A stretch of 64,000 nucleotides of DNA from Clostridia bacterium (GTDB lineage: Bacteria > Bacillota > Clostridia > UBA1212 > DUPL01). This document shows positions 46,554 through 56,237 of this stretch, piece after piece (position 1 is the first letter of the stretch; each line of letters opens with the position of its first letter). Under the pieces are notes generated by a model. The model was given only the letters and a program-made list of their open reading frames with translations, searched no databases and had not been told where the DNA came from. The position numbers were made by a program, and so were the translations under genes. The stretch is taken from the NCBI GenBank assembly GCA_050951325.1, contig JBMNIW010000007.1:32001-96000 (forward strand), written 5' to 3'.

Positions 46554-47913
46554 GAATTTCGCTTTATTGATTTATTAATATTCCGATTACTCTTACAAAT
46601 ACGCTTTACATAATCTCTCATTTAAAAAAAGTGTCTCCGACACATCAGCTCCCCTAGCCCCTCAATCTTGAGGGGAACTATGGTGTTTCTTTTTTTTACT
46701 GTTTGTCTTATAATAACAACATGAACATATTGCAAGAAATATTTAAAGATAACTTTGAGCAGATGTTATATTTATTGAAACCACGGAAAACAGTGGTTGA
46801 AAATGTAGAAAAGATGATACATTGCGGTGACCCATTGTATGGCGGTGCCATGTACGGTTGTTCAGATTGTGGCAGATTTAAGTTTGTTCCTTTCAGATGT
46901 CATAGCAGGTTCTGCCCCACCTGTGGAATCAAATATACAATGGACCGTACAACTGCAATGTCTTTTAAAATCGTTAATGCTCATCATCGACATGTCGTCT
47001 TTACAATTGCAGAGGAACTTCGAGATTATTTCCTTGAAGATCGCGACCTTCTCAATTGTCTTTTCTCCGCAGTCAATCAAGTAGTGCATAGATTATTTTA
47101 TAAAGATAATAAGTCTGAGTGCTTTACGCCCGGTTTTATTTGTGTTCTTCATACATTTGGTAGAGATCTGAAATGGAATCCTCATATACATTGCCTGGTA
47201 TCAGAAGGCGGTTTGGGTAATAGCGGTACCTGGAGGAAGAAAACTCATTTCAACTACAAGTTCTTACGCTTTGCTTTTCAAACCGTATTACTGGATGAGT
47301 TGCACAAGCGCATAGGAGACTCTTTCAAAAAAGTTAAAAGCTCCATATACAAAAATCAAGAGAATGGCTTTTATGTGTATGCTAAGCCTAACACATGCAC
47401 ACCAAAAACTGTTATACAGTATATAGGTCGTTATCTTGGAAGACCTGTAATTGCTACATCCCGTATTGATAATTATGACGGCGAAAAGGTTACTTTTCAT
47501 TACAATCGCCACGAAGATAACAAGCTGGTAACGGAAACAATTCCTGTCCTTGAATTCATAGCACGCCTTATTCAGCACATTCCTGAAAAACATTTTAAAA
47601 TGATTCGTTATTATGGCCTATATGCAAGACACCGCGAATCTGATAAAAAACTTATCCCAGCCATAAATCAAGAAAAACATAGATATTACCGTTCATTACT
47701 CAGATGGAGAACATGTATTTTAATCTCATTTGGGTATGATCCTCTCAAGTGCCCGGCCTGTTGTTTATTGCATAATATAATTCCCCGAAATTGCAAAGCA
47801 AAATTCCCCACTTTTGCAACGCAAAACTCCCCATAATTGCAAAAGGCCATTGCAGGCACCACACCAATAAATTATCCTTGTGTTTGTGGATAAATACAAG
47901 GAGGTAATGGAGG

Positions 47914-49422
47914 ATGCTAACAATGACCCAAGTAAAGAATATCAGAAAAATGTATTTTGAGGAAGGGAAAAATATTAGTCAAATTTCCAGTGAAACAGGA
48001 CATTGCCGGAAAACTGTAAGAGGATATCTAAGCAAAGAAGATTGGAATGAGGAAATACCAAAAGTAAAAAAGAAAAATAACTATCCAAAACTTGAGCAAT
48101 TCAAACCATTAATCGATACATGGCTTTATGAAGATAAGAAAGCCAAACGTAAACAAAGGCATACTGCCAAACACATATATAAACGTTTACAAGAAGAATG
48201 TAATGGTTTCAACTGCTCCTATAGAACTGTTGCAAGTTATGTTTCTCAAAAGAAAAAGGAGATTTTTAGTACAAAGAACGCATATCTACCTTTGGAGCAT
48301 ATTCCAGGAGAAGCACAAGTAGACTTTGGAAGTGCTGACTTTTATGAAAATGGGAAGCTATATAGCGGCAAGTACCTGAATCTGTCATTCCCGTATAGCA
48401 ATAAAGGATATCTCCAGTTATTCAAGGGAGAAAACCAGGAATGCCTGTTTGAGGGTTTGAAAACGATATTTGAGCATATAGGAGGTGTACCAACCAGGAT
48501 ATGGTTTGATAATACAAGCACTATTGTTACCAAGGTGATTAAGGGAGGAGCTCGGAATCTGACAGATGACTTTTTGCGTTTTAAAGAACATTACCGTTTT
48601 GAGGCAGCCTTTTGCAATGTTGAGGCTGGTCATGAAAAAGGGAATGTTGAAAACAAAGTAGGCTATCATAGACGCAACCTTCTTGTCCCTGTGCCGAAAT
48701 TCCAGAGTCTGATAGACTTCAATAAAGAACTTCTGCAGAAGTGCGAGAGTGATGCCAAAAGAGAACATTACCGAAAGGAAGGGACTATTGAAGAGCTGTA
48801 TAAAGCAGATTCTGAATCTCTTTTAGAACTACCGGCGACACCTTTTGATACAAGCAAATACATAACGTTGAAAACCAACGGATATGCCAAGTTTGTGCTT
48901 AACAATGGCATGCATGAATATTCTGTAGCACCCAAATATGCAAATGAGCATGTATTGGTAAGGTTGACAGCCTTTAATGTAATAGTTCTTGACGAATGCT
49001 ATCGTGAAATAGTGCGTCATGACAGACTTTATGGCGATAGCAAACAGCAAAGTATGCAGTGGGTGCCATATCTTGAACAGTTGTCAAGGCGACCAGGTGC
49101 ATTGAAGTATACAGGAGTATACCAAATGCTACCACAACCATTAAGTGAATATATGGAATGCTTAAACAAGAGGGATAGAGGGAATGTGCTAATGGTTATA
49201 GCAAGGCTGACACAAAAAGGTAGTTTTGAACAAGCTGTTGGTACTGTATGTGCAGCATTGCAGCATGGTGTTACTGATGTAGACAGCCTTTTAAGTTTGC
49301 ACCGACGACTTTATGAGAATATACCTCAGATTGAGCCTGTGCAACTTCCAGAGCATATTCCACAATTGAGAAGGTATGAACCTGATCTTACTGCTTATGA
49401 TAAAAACTTAGGAGGGAGGTGA
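47914..49422 (+). CDS. istA: IS21 transposase
   Basis: N-terminal HTH, PGEAQVDFG, FDN, EKGNVE. Confidence 0.95.
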   Translation: MLTMTQVKNIRKMYFEEGKNISQISSETGHCRKTVRGYLSKEDWNEEIPKVKKKNNYPKLEQFKPLIDTWLYEDKKAKRKQRHTAKHIYKRLQEECNGFNCSYRTVASYVSQKKKEIFSTKNAYLPLEHIPGEAQVDFGSADFYENGKLYSGKYLNLSFPYSNKGYLQLFKGENQECLFEGLKTIFEHIGGVPTRIWFDNTSTIVTKVIKGGARNLTDDFLRFKEHYRFEAAFCNVEAGHEKGNVENKVGYHRRNLLVPVPKFQSLIDFNKELLQKCESDAKREHYRKEGTIEELYKADSESLLELPATPFDTSKYITLKTNGYAKFVLNNGMHEYSVAPKYANEHVLVRLTAFNVIVLDECYREIVRHDRLYGDSKQQSMQWVPYLEQLSRRPGALKYTGVYQMLPQPLSEYMECLNKRDRGNVLMVIARLTQKGSFEQAVGTVCAALQHGVTDVDSLLSLHRRLYENIPQIEPVQLPEHIPQLRRYEPDLTAYDKNLGGR

Positions 49423-50153
49423 TAAATATGCTAACAGCTGATATTGCAGCATGTTGTAAGACTCTTCGTTTAAGTCGCAATATCGTGGATATGTCGGATA
49501 AGATTCAGGCGGACAGTCATCAGGAATATCTGCTTAAATTGCTTCAATCAGAAATCTCACATCGTGATATAGTGAGAAAAAATAAACGAATAAACAAAGC
49601 TGGATTTTATACTATTAAGACATTTGAAAGCTTTAGGTTTGACGAAGTGACACTTCCTAGTGGAATTACTCCTGAGTACCTAAGAGAGTGTGAGTTTATC
49701 AAAAACAAAACCAATATCGTCATGTATGGCAATGTTGGAACAGGCAAAACTCATCTTTCAATAGCATTGGGTGTTGAGGCCTGTAAAAGAGGATTTGAGG
49801 TAGCTTTTTTCAGGACTACTGCACTTGTTAACAAGCTGGCAGAGCACAAGAAAGCAGGGACCTTATCCACTTTCCTTAAAAAACTAAGCAAAGCAGACCT
49901 GCTGATCTGTGATGAGTGGGGATACGTCCCACTCGACCGGATCGGGGCGCAACTTCTCTTTGAGGTAATATCAGAGCGATACGAAAACAAGTCAGTAATT
50001 ATTAATACCAACATTGAGTTTTCAAGGTGGGTAAACATACTTTACGATGAGCAAATGACAGGTGCAATAATAGATCGAATTCTACATCATTGTCACTTGC
50101 TTTTATTCTCTGGTCAAAGCCACAGGATGCGTGAAGCAAGACTTGGCCATTGA
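49419..50153 (+). CDS. istB: IS21 helper ATPase
   Basis: GNVGTGKTHL, LLICDEWGY, IIDRILHH. Confidence 0.95.
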   Translation: MINMLTADIAACCKTLRLSRNIVDMSDKIQADSHQEYLLKLLQSEISHRDIVRKNKRINKAGFYTIKTFESFRFDEVTLPSGITPEYLRECEFIKNKTNIVMYGNVGTGKTHLSIALGVEACKRGFEVAFFRTTALVNKLAEHKKAGTLSTFLKKLSKADLLICDEWGYVPLDRIGAQLLFEVISERYENKSVIINTNIEFSRWVNILYDEQMTGAIIDRILHHCHLLLFSGQSHRMREARLGH

Positions 50154-50440
50154 AAACTTAGTAAAAAGGTTGCGGGGAAACCATAAAAATTCCCCACCCG
50201 GTGCCTGGGGAAAAATTTTTGCAAAACTGGGGAATTTACTATTGCAAAAAACACCTGTGGAAAAACAATGACACTTTTAAAGCTCTATTACAGGCTACAG
50301 CGTGTTCCTCTGGATGAAATGTATAGAAAGGTAATCGCAAAAGCCAAGCGTTGTCGTTCACCTGACAAATGATGTCAGTCCTTTTAAAACTCCTCCACAT
50401 ATGTTACTATACACAAAAACGGAGGTTCGGAGGTTCTATT

Positions 50441-50617
50441 ATGAACAATCATACAGAGGAACTCAGAAAAAAATATATTGAAAATCCACCTGAAGGCTTA
50501 ACTGCTGAAGACATTAAAAAAATGAGTGATGACGACCTTTTGGATATGGATTTCTTTCTACACGAAGATGATGGTCTGGAAGATGATATCGAGGATGACG
50601 GATTTTTTATCTTCTAG
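50441..50617 (+). CDS. 58-aa acidic protein, probable passenger of the IS91-type element
   Basis: GGAGG RBS; MNNHTEELRKKYIENPPEG...DDGFFIF; lies between the transposase end and the ori-like motif. Confidence 0.6.
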   Translation: MNNHTEELRKKYIENPPEGLTAEDIKKMSDDDLLDMDFFLHEDDGLEDDIEDDGFFIF

Positions 50618-50707
50618 TCAAAACTCACCCCTTAATGTATATATTTTACATTTTTTCTTCTTTCTTCCTTATGCCGATATAGAGCAATTTCCTATAACAA
50701 TAACAAA

Positions 50708-50744
50708 AAAACACCAAGGAGTTATTTCTGCTCCTTGGTGTTTT
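50708..50744 (-). terminator. Intrinsic terminator overlapping the P-II gene stop
   Basis: AAAACACCAAGGAG-ttatttctg-CTCCTTGGTGTTTT, with a T run following on the minus strand. Confidence 0.7.
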
Positions 50745-51420
50745 CTATTAAACCTATGGCTTCGCTAACCGGCAGCGAAAAACAAATCCCTCTGCCTTCC
50801 TTGTTAAGTCCAGCTTCCTTGGTTATGCTTTGCATGATTTCTGTCTTCTTGTCATTTGGCGCAATTATTAAGACAATGTCCTTTTCAGGTTGTATGGTAA
50901 TTCCTAAAAATTTCTCCGCTTCCTTGGAACCTAAACCTCGGGCGTGAACCAAAGTGCCTCCGGAAGCTCCCGCCTTCTTTGCAGATTCCATAACCATGTC
51001 AAAATGACCCGACTCTACAATTGTAATCAACAAACTATAATCTACACTTGCCTCCATTTCATCAGCCTCACTTTCCGATTCAATGTTCATATCACAGTTC
51101 TTGTACAAATTATGCATATGGGAACTTACACTATTCATACCAATGGTAAAAGCAATGCCTGTTCCTTTCTTGTCAAAATTAAGTTTTTTACCAAACTCAT
51201 TCAGCATCATTAATGATGCTTGGTCCTTTACAATACTGACAGCCACTATTTTCTTAGGACTTCCAAACCCCAATATGTCATAAATCTCACTCTTGGCAGA
51301 TCCGTAACCGTGACTAATAAAACTAATGGGTATGTTGAGCTTCTTAAGCAAATCACGGAATGTATTTGCATAGGAATAGTCAACTATAGTTACCAGGGCT
51401 TTTAGCCTATCCTCTCTCAT
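50722..51420 (-). CDS. Tandem P-II-like regulator
   Basis: Two GlnB-like halves; GTGIAFTI, AGASGGTLVHARG, GRGICFSLPV. Confidence 0.85.
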   Translation of the reverse strand: MREDRLKALVTIVDYSYANTFRDLLKKLNIPISFISHGYGSAKSEIYDILGFGSPKKIVAVSIVKDQASLMMLNEFGKKLNFDKKGTGIAFTIGMNSVSSHMHNLYKNCDMNIESESEADEMEASVDYSLLITIVESGHFDMVMESAKKAGASGGTLVHARGLGSKEAEKFLGITIQPEKDIVLIIAPNDKKTEIMQSITKEAGLNKEGRGICFSLPVSEAIGLIENTKEQK

Positions 51421-51452
51421 AACAAGACCTCCAATTCACACCTATTATACTA

Positions 51453-52970
51453 CTAATCTTCCTGCTCATCATCATAATCGATAATACTGTCGTCAACTTG
51501 TGCAATTGCACTCTTCTTCAAAGCAAATCTCATCTTTATTGCATAAATTATACCAAATATCTGCATAGTTACAACAGGCATAAGTGCAATAACCGCAACA
51601 ACGCCAAAAGCATCTGTAAAAATGTTGCCACCCAGTCCCTCGCACACACCTATTGCAAACGGAAGTATAAACGTTGCAGCAAGAGGTCCTGATGCGACAG
51701 CTCCCGAGTCAAAGCTGATTGCAGTAAAAAGAGGAGGCACAAAAAACGACATCACAAGAGCAAAAATATATCCTGGTATTACAATATATAGAATTGAGAA
51801 TCCTTTAATAATTCTTAAGACGGACAATCCAACACTCAAAGCAACACCAATTGAAAGCCCCATTCCAAGGGCTCTTCCCGATATTGCACCGTCAGTTACA
51901 TTTTCCACCTGCTCCTTTAGTACAAACACCGCAGGTTCCGCAGAAACCACAAAGAATCCCATTGCAAGCCCAATTATTACTATTGCAAGGAGCGACACAT
52001 TTTCCGTAAGACTAACACCAATTAAATAGCCTGTTGGCATAAAACCAATATTTGCAGATGCAAGAAACAAAACAAGACCAAGATAAGTATATATTGTTCC
52101 AACAGCTATTCTTAGAAGAGTCTTCTTGCTTAGCTTCAATCTAATAATCTGGAATATTACAAACAAAATCAATATGGGTGCAAGAGCTATTGCCACCTGT
52201 TTAAAATATTCAGGAAAGCCATTCAGATACAGATTGAAAATGTCTTTGCCGGACAACACATCAGGCACGCTCAAAACGCTTCCACCCTTGGGTTCAAACA
52301 TGAATCCCAGAATAAGCATTGTAAGGATGGGGCAAAGGAGGCACAGTGCGACAAGACCAAAGCTGTCGTCCTCAGTAGTTTTGTCTCCCCTTACAAAGGA
52401 AAGACCCAAACCAAGAGCCATTACAAAAGGCACCATTATGGGACCGGTGGTTACTCCCCCCGACTCAAAGGCAATGGAAACAATATTGGTGCTTGTAAAA
52501 GCGGAAAGAATAAAGGCAACAGCGTAAAACGCCATTAGAATATACGAAAGCTTTATCTGAAGCAGTATCCTCAGAAAAGCAATTACAACCGCAATCCCCA
52601 CACCAATGGAAACCGCCAAAATTATATACAAATCAGGTATTCCGCTTATCTGGGCAGCCAGAATGTGCAAATCAGGCTCTGCAACACAAATAAAAACACC
52701 AATAAGGAATGAGACAATAACAATCACAATAAGCCTTTTTGTTATAACCAGGGCAGAACCTACATTTTCACCAATCGGCATCAATGATATATCCACACCC
52801 AGATTAAACAGGGAGATACCTAAAATCATGAAGACAACACTTACGATAAATAGAATCATGTTGTATCTTGGCATCTCAATCATGGTTAGGTTTAACAAAA
52901 CCACCAGCGCAAATATTGTTACGACAGAAAGAAAAGACTCTTTCAACTTGGCAAACAAGAGTTTTCTCAA
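51453..52970 (-). CDS. DUF1538 membrane protein (two repeats)
   Basis: AEPD and AEPA, AFESGGVTTGP and FDSGAVASGP, many TM helices; adjacent to P-II gene. Confidence 0.88.
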   Translation of the reverse strand: MRKLLFAKLKESFLSVVTIFALVVLLNLTMIEMPRYNMILFIVSVVFMILGISLFNLGVDISLMPIGENVGSALVITKRLIVIVIVSFLIGVFICVAEPDLHILAAQISGIPDLYIILAVSIGVGIAVVIAFLRILLQIKLSYILMAFYAVAFILSAFTSTNIVSIAFESGGVTTGPIMVPFVMALGLGLSFVRGDKTTEDDSFGLVALCLLCPILTMLILGFMFEPKGGSVLSVPDVLSGKDIFNLYLNGFPEYFKQVAIALAPILILFVIFQIIRLKLSKKTLLRIAVGTIYTYLGLVLFLASANIGFMPTGYLIGVSLTENVSLLAIVIIGLAMGFFVVSAEPAVFVLKEQVENVTDGAISGRALGMGLSIGVALSVGLSVLRIIKGFSILYIVIPGYIFALVMSFFVPPLFTAISFDSGAVASGPLAATFILPFAIGVCEGLGGNIFTDAFGVVAVIALMPVVTMQIFGIIYAIKMRFALKKSAIAQVDDSIIDYDDEQED

Positions 52971-52997
52971 TCAAAAATCAACCTTTCCAAATATATT

Positions 52998-54056
52998 TTA
53001 GTATACCTTCTTTCTTCTGCTCCGAAGAGCCATTTTAATAATTTCATCGGCCTCATACTCTGAAGGCACCCACAACTCATACATAACACCTTCAGGCTCT
53101 AAATTCTCTAAAAGAACAGGCAGCTCCATTGGCGTCACTGCCACATGTATCATCTTCCTTGCATCTTGTATCTTTTTAAGAATATCAATCCAATAGGAAG
53201 CGCTTGGCTGCCCGGCTCCATAAACCCATTGAATTCCATTAAGCTCTTCTATCTCAAGCAAAGCATCCAGATGTTTTAGAGCTCCCGGACCATCCAAATG
53301 AAAAAGAGCAGCATCCAAAAACTTTATCTCTTCAACCAGTTCCGGCAACACAAACTCATCAAACATTTCCTGAGAAATCATGCAGCAGAAATCACAGGAA
53401 ACCGGATACCATAACCCCTCATGCCACACCCCCATCCAATTCGTACTGCCTGCTTGGTATTCTGTTATAAGTGTATGAAGCTCAGTCATTACTTTTTTGT
53501 ATCCTTCGAACATGTCAAAGGATGCCATCTTGACTTCATCCGGGTTGTCATACAATTCATAGCAAAGGTTTTCAGGACCTACCAGAGATACAATTCCGTC
53601 AAGACCCGAGTGTATGTCCGTTATACCTACCAAATAGTCACCTTTTGAATCCTCAAGCATCGATTTAGTCATTTCCAATATTTTTGCATAATATCCATGC
53701 TCTTCGAAAACAAGATTGGTTAAATCCACTTCCTTATGTACAGCCCAGCTGGTATCTGGAGAAAAATCAACATCCGCTCCATAAAAAGCACCAAATATGT
53801 CAGGACCCAAATTGGGCCATGCCATTGGAAAAGATTCTCCGCCAAAATACGTGTTTTCCATATGTGCTCTGGACGCTTTAATAACGTACTCAGTATCAAG
53901 CCATCTATTTTGAAGTTTTTCAGGAACTTTAGGAAAATTTACTTTTGCATTATCTTTTGGTGCCTTTACGCTAATCAAAGGCCTGTCGTGATTTTCCATT
54001 GCCCAGTACTCGGAAAATCTTCTTTTTGTGTCTTCGAAATTGACTTTGTTAATCAT
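52998..54056 (-). CDS. Uroporphyrinogen decarboxylase-fold protein (MtaA/CmuA-like superfamily)
   Basis: HDRP, PNLGPD, CDFCCMISQEMFDEFVLP, FHLDGPGA, IQWVYGAG; probable start MINKVNF. Confidence 0.7.
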   Translation of the reverse strand: MINKVNFEDTKRRFSEYWAMENHDRPLISVKAPKDNAKVNFPKVPEKLQNRWLDTEYVIKASRAHMENTYFGGESFPMAWPNLGPDIFGAFYGADVDFSPDTSWAVHKEVDLTNLVFEEHGYYAKILEMTKSMLEDSKGDYLVGITDIHSGLDGIVSLVGPENLCYELYDNPDEVKMASFDMFEGYKKVMTELHTLITEYQAGSTNWMGVWHEGLWYPVSCDFCCMISQEMFDEFVLPELVEEIKFLDAALFHLDGPGALKHLDALLEIEELNGIQWVYGAGQPSASYWIDILKKIQDARKMIHVAVTPMELPVLLENLEPEGVMYELWVPSEYEADEIIKMALRSRRKKVY

Positions 54057-54193
54057 ATTGATCACCCGGAATATGAGTAATAGGCACAAAGTATAGTATA
54101 GCATAATCGGGAGAATAAATAAAATCCCATTACCTTTACGCAACCCCCTTCGTTCTATATAATATACTAAACAAAGATGAAATGAGGTTCCAA

Positions 54194-55282
54194 ATGAAAG
54201 TTGTATATGTAGACTCAAAAAAAGATCAAAAAATATATTTTTCCCTGTTCAAGAAAATATATAAAAACAACAACTATGCTAGAAATGCCAACAATTATAT
54301 GCTAAAGCAAATTTTCAAAGGGAAGACAGCCTTTTGCAAGGACAAATACATAAGAGGTATATACATACTTGAAAACAAGGATATTGTCATGCAGTGTGTC
54401 TTCATACATTCTGACAAACTGGATGCCCTTCAAATCGCATACTTTGAGGCATTGCCAGAAAAACATGGAGACTTTGACATGCTTATGAAAGAAGCAATTA
54501 AAATATGCAATGAAAGAAAGATTGGGAAAATAGTGGCGGGAATGAACGGACATGTAAACTACGGCCTTGGTTTCTTAATAGACTCTTTTGACAAGGACCC
54601 GGTCTTTGGCACCCAGTACAACCCACCCTACTATAAATCATACTTTGAAAGATACAACATGAAGGAAATACGTCTATGCTCCTTTTACTGGGATATGAAT
54701 CTTGTAAAAATGCAGAAATACACAAGAATTTATGAAAAACTAAGAAGCAGATACATAATTAAAGAATTCAACCCTAATAATCTGGACGAGGAAGCAAGAC
54801 TGTACACATATTTGAACCATGTGTGCTTTAAAAACCACAGGTTTTACTACCCCAGCTCCTATGAAGAGGACAAGGTTCTAGTAAAAGAACTGCTTCTCCT
54901 ATCTCCAAAGAACTTCATCGTCTTTGCCTATGACGGAGCCAAACCGATAGGTTTTGTTCTTTGGTATCCTGATTTCAATCAGCTAATCAAGCCCGGGAGG
55001 AAAATAAATGTATTGACACTGATAAAGATTCAACTATTCAAAAGAAGAATAACAAAAGTAAAGGTAGGAGAAATAGGTGTTATTCCTGAATACCATAATA
55101 AAGGGATACCGCTTCTTTTGCTTAAATACATTGCCGACAAGGTTAAAGACAAATATACATGCGGAGAGTCCTCATGGATACTTGAGGAAAACAAGTCCTC
55201 AAGACTTATGACCAGCACCTTTGCGGATAAAGAGTATAAACATTATGCTGCATATGAAATGGATGTGAAGAATGAAGATTGA
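54194..55282 (+). CDS. YghO/bacterial ceramide synthase-like GNAT-fold acyltransferase
   Basis: GFLIDSFDKDPVFGTQYNPPYY, PDFNQ, GVIPEYHNKG, ESSWILEEN. Confidence 0.65.
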   Translation: MKVVYVDSKKDQKIYFSLFKKIYKNNNYARNANNYMLKQIFKGKTAFCKDKYIRGIYILENKDIVMQCVFIHSDKLDALQIAYFEALPEKHGDFDMLMKEAIKICNERKIGKIVAGMNGHVNYGLGFLIDSFDKDPVFGTQYNPPYYKSYFERYNMKEIRLCSFYWDMNLVKMQKYTRIYEKLRSRYIIKEFNPNNLDEEARLYTYLNHVCFKNHRFYYPSSYEEDKVLVKELLLLSPKNFIVFAYDGAKPIGFVLWYPDFNQLIKPGRKINVLTLIKIQLFKRRITKVKVGEIGVIPEYHNKGIPLLLLKYIADKVKDKYTCGESSWILEENKSSRLMTSTFADKEYKHYAAYEMDVKNED

Positions 55283-56234
55283 AACCTACAATACAATTTG
55301 TGATGTACCAGACATACCATATGTAAAAGAGTTCAAGGATTTATTCCATGATCTTGAAAAGACAAACCCCTGCAGACAGAAATATCATCTTCTTGTGGAA
55401 GTAGATGACTTTGCATTCTTTTGTGAATACAGACTTAATCTCAACATATTTACATACAACAAGCTAAAACTTAATTACCCGGTTAGGATAATTGGCATAC
55501 CCGCATCTGTTGGAACGCAAGGTTTTTATGCAACAAGCGCTCATCTTAAGAAAAGGATGTACGAATACATTTCCACATTTAAAGGAGCCTCGCTTGTATT
55601 AAACACTTTTGATAACGAAAGTATTGATGCTTTTGGTGCTGGACAGACGCTTCCTACCCATATTCTTTATGTTAAATGGAACACTCTCGATGAATACCTC
55701 TCCTCCATGAGAAGCAACTACAGATACAGACTTAAAAAGGCTTTGAGGAATAATATAAGTATAAGGAAAATTGACAACAAGGACTTTGATGACAAGTTAT
55801 ACTCACTATACCTTAATGTATACAAAAAGTCCTCATTCAAGCTGGAGAAACTGAGCAAAAGTTTTTTTCAGCAGTTTGGAGAAATAATTGTGCTTGAGGA
55901 CAAAACTGCAATTGCATTTATTCAGATTTACAAAAAGAACAGTACCATGTACTTTATGTTCTGCGGTATTGACTATGAATACAATAACGTACCGGATTTG
56001 TATTACATGATGCTGTTTGAGGTTATAAAACGAGGGATTAAGGAAAAAGTAGAAGTTATCGACCTTGGCCAAACCACATCGGATACCAAGACAAAACTGG
56101 GGGCTGTCATGGAAAAAAGATACATGCATGCAACCCACAGCAACAAACTTGTACGATCTCTTGTAATAAAACATATGGATAAACTATCATATAACGAAGA
56201 ACATAAAAACTACAATGTTATGAAATCGAGGTAG
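55272..56234 (+). CDS. FemAB-like/Acetyltransf_6 GNAT-fold protein
   Basis: WNTLDEYLSSMRSNYR, LYLNV, GIDY...LYY, DLGQT...K.KLGA. Confidence 0.7.
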   Translation: MKIETYNTICDVPDIPYVKEFKDLFHDLEKTNPCRQKYHLLVEVDDFAFFCEYRLNLNIFTYNKLKLNYPVRIIGIPASVGTQGFYATSAHLKKRMYEYISTFKGASLVLNTFDNESIDAFGAGQTLPTHILYVKWNTLDEYLSSMRSNYRYRLKKALRNNISIRKIDNKDFDDKLYSLYLNVYKKSSFKLEKLSKSFFQQFGEIIVLEDKTAIAFIQIYKKNSTMYFMFCGIDYEYNNVPDLYYMMLFEVIKRGIKEKVEVIDLGQTTSDTKTKLGAVMEKRYMHATHSNKLVRSLVIKHMDKLSYNEEHKNYNVMKSR

Positions 56235-56237
56235 ATT

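Larger units (their letters stand above)
47762..50253 (+). mobile_element. IS21-family insertion sequence, 2492 bp, 5-bp target duplication CCTGT
   Basis: Ends TGTTTATTGCATAATATAATTCCCC and TGTTTTTTGCAATAGTAAATTCCCC (reverse complement); repeated TTCCCC...TTGCA subterminal motifs; CCTGT at 47757-47761 and 50254-50258. Confidence 0.95.
46703..50372 (+). pseudogene. IS91-family Y2 transposase split by IS21 (about 46703-47761 plus 50259-50372)
   Basis: CHSRFCPTCG, HTFGRDLKWNPHIH, YIGRY, IRYYG; removing IS21 restores DPLKCPAC-GKTMTLL...SPDK stop. Confidence 0.88.
46630..50698 (+). mobile_element. IS91-family rolling-circle element interrupted by IS21; ends approximate
   Basis: HUH transposase; hairpin CCCCTCAA-tc-TTGAGGGG upstream (ter-like); CAATTTCCTATA at 50685-50696 downstream (ori-like). 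Confidence 0.6.

Noticed and set aside
47762-47850. Three 23-bp-period repeats resembling a mini CRISPR array or iterons
   Set aside because: They are the standard subterminal repeats of IS21 ends, mirrored at 50170-50253; no spacers or cas genes
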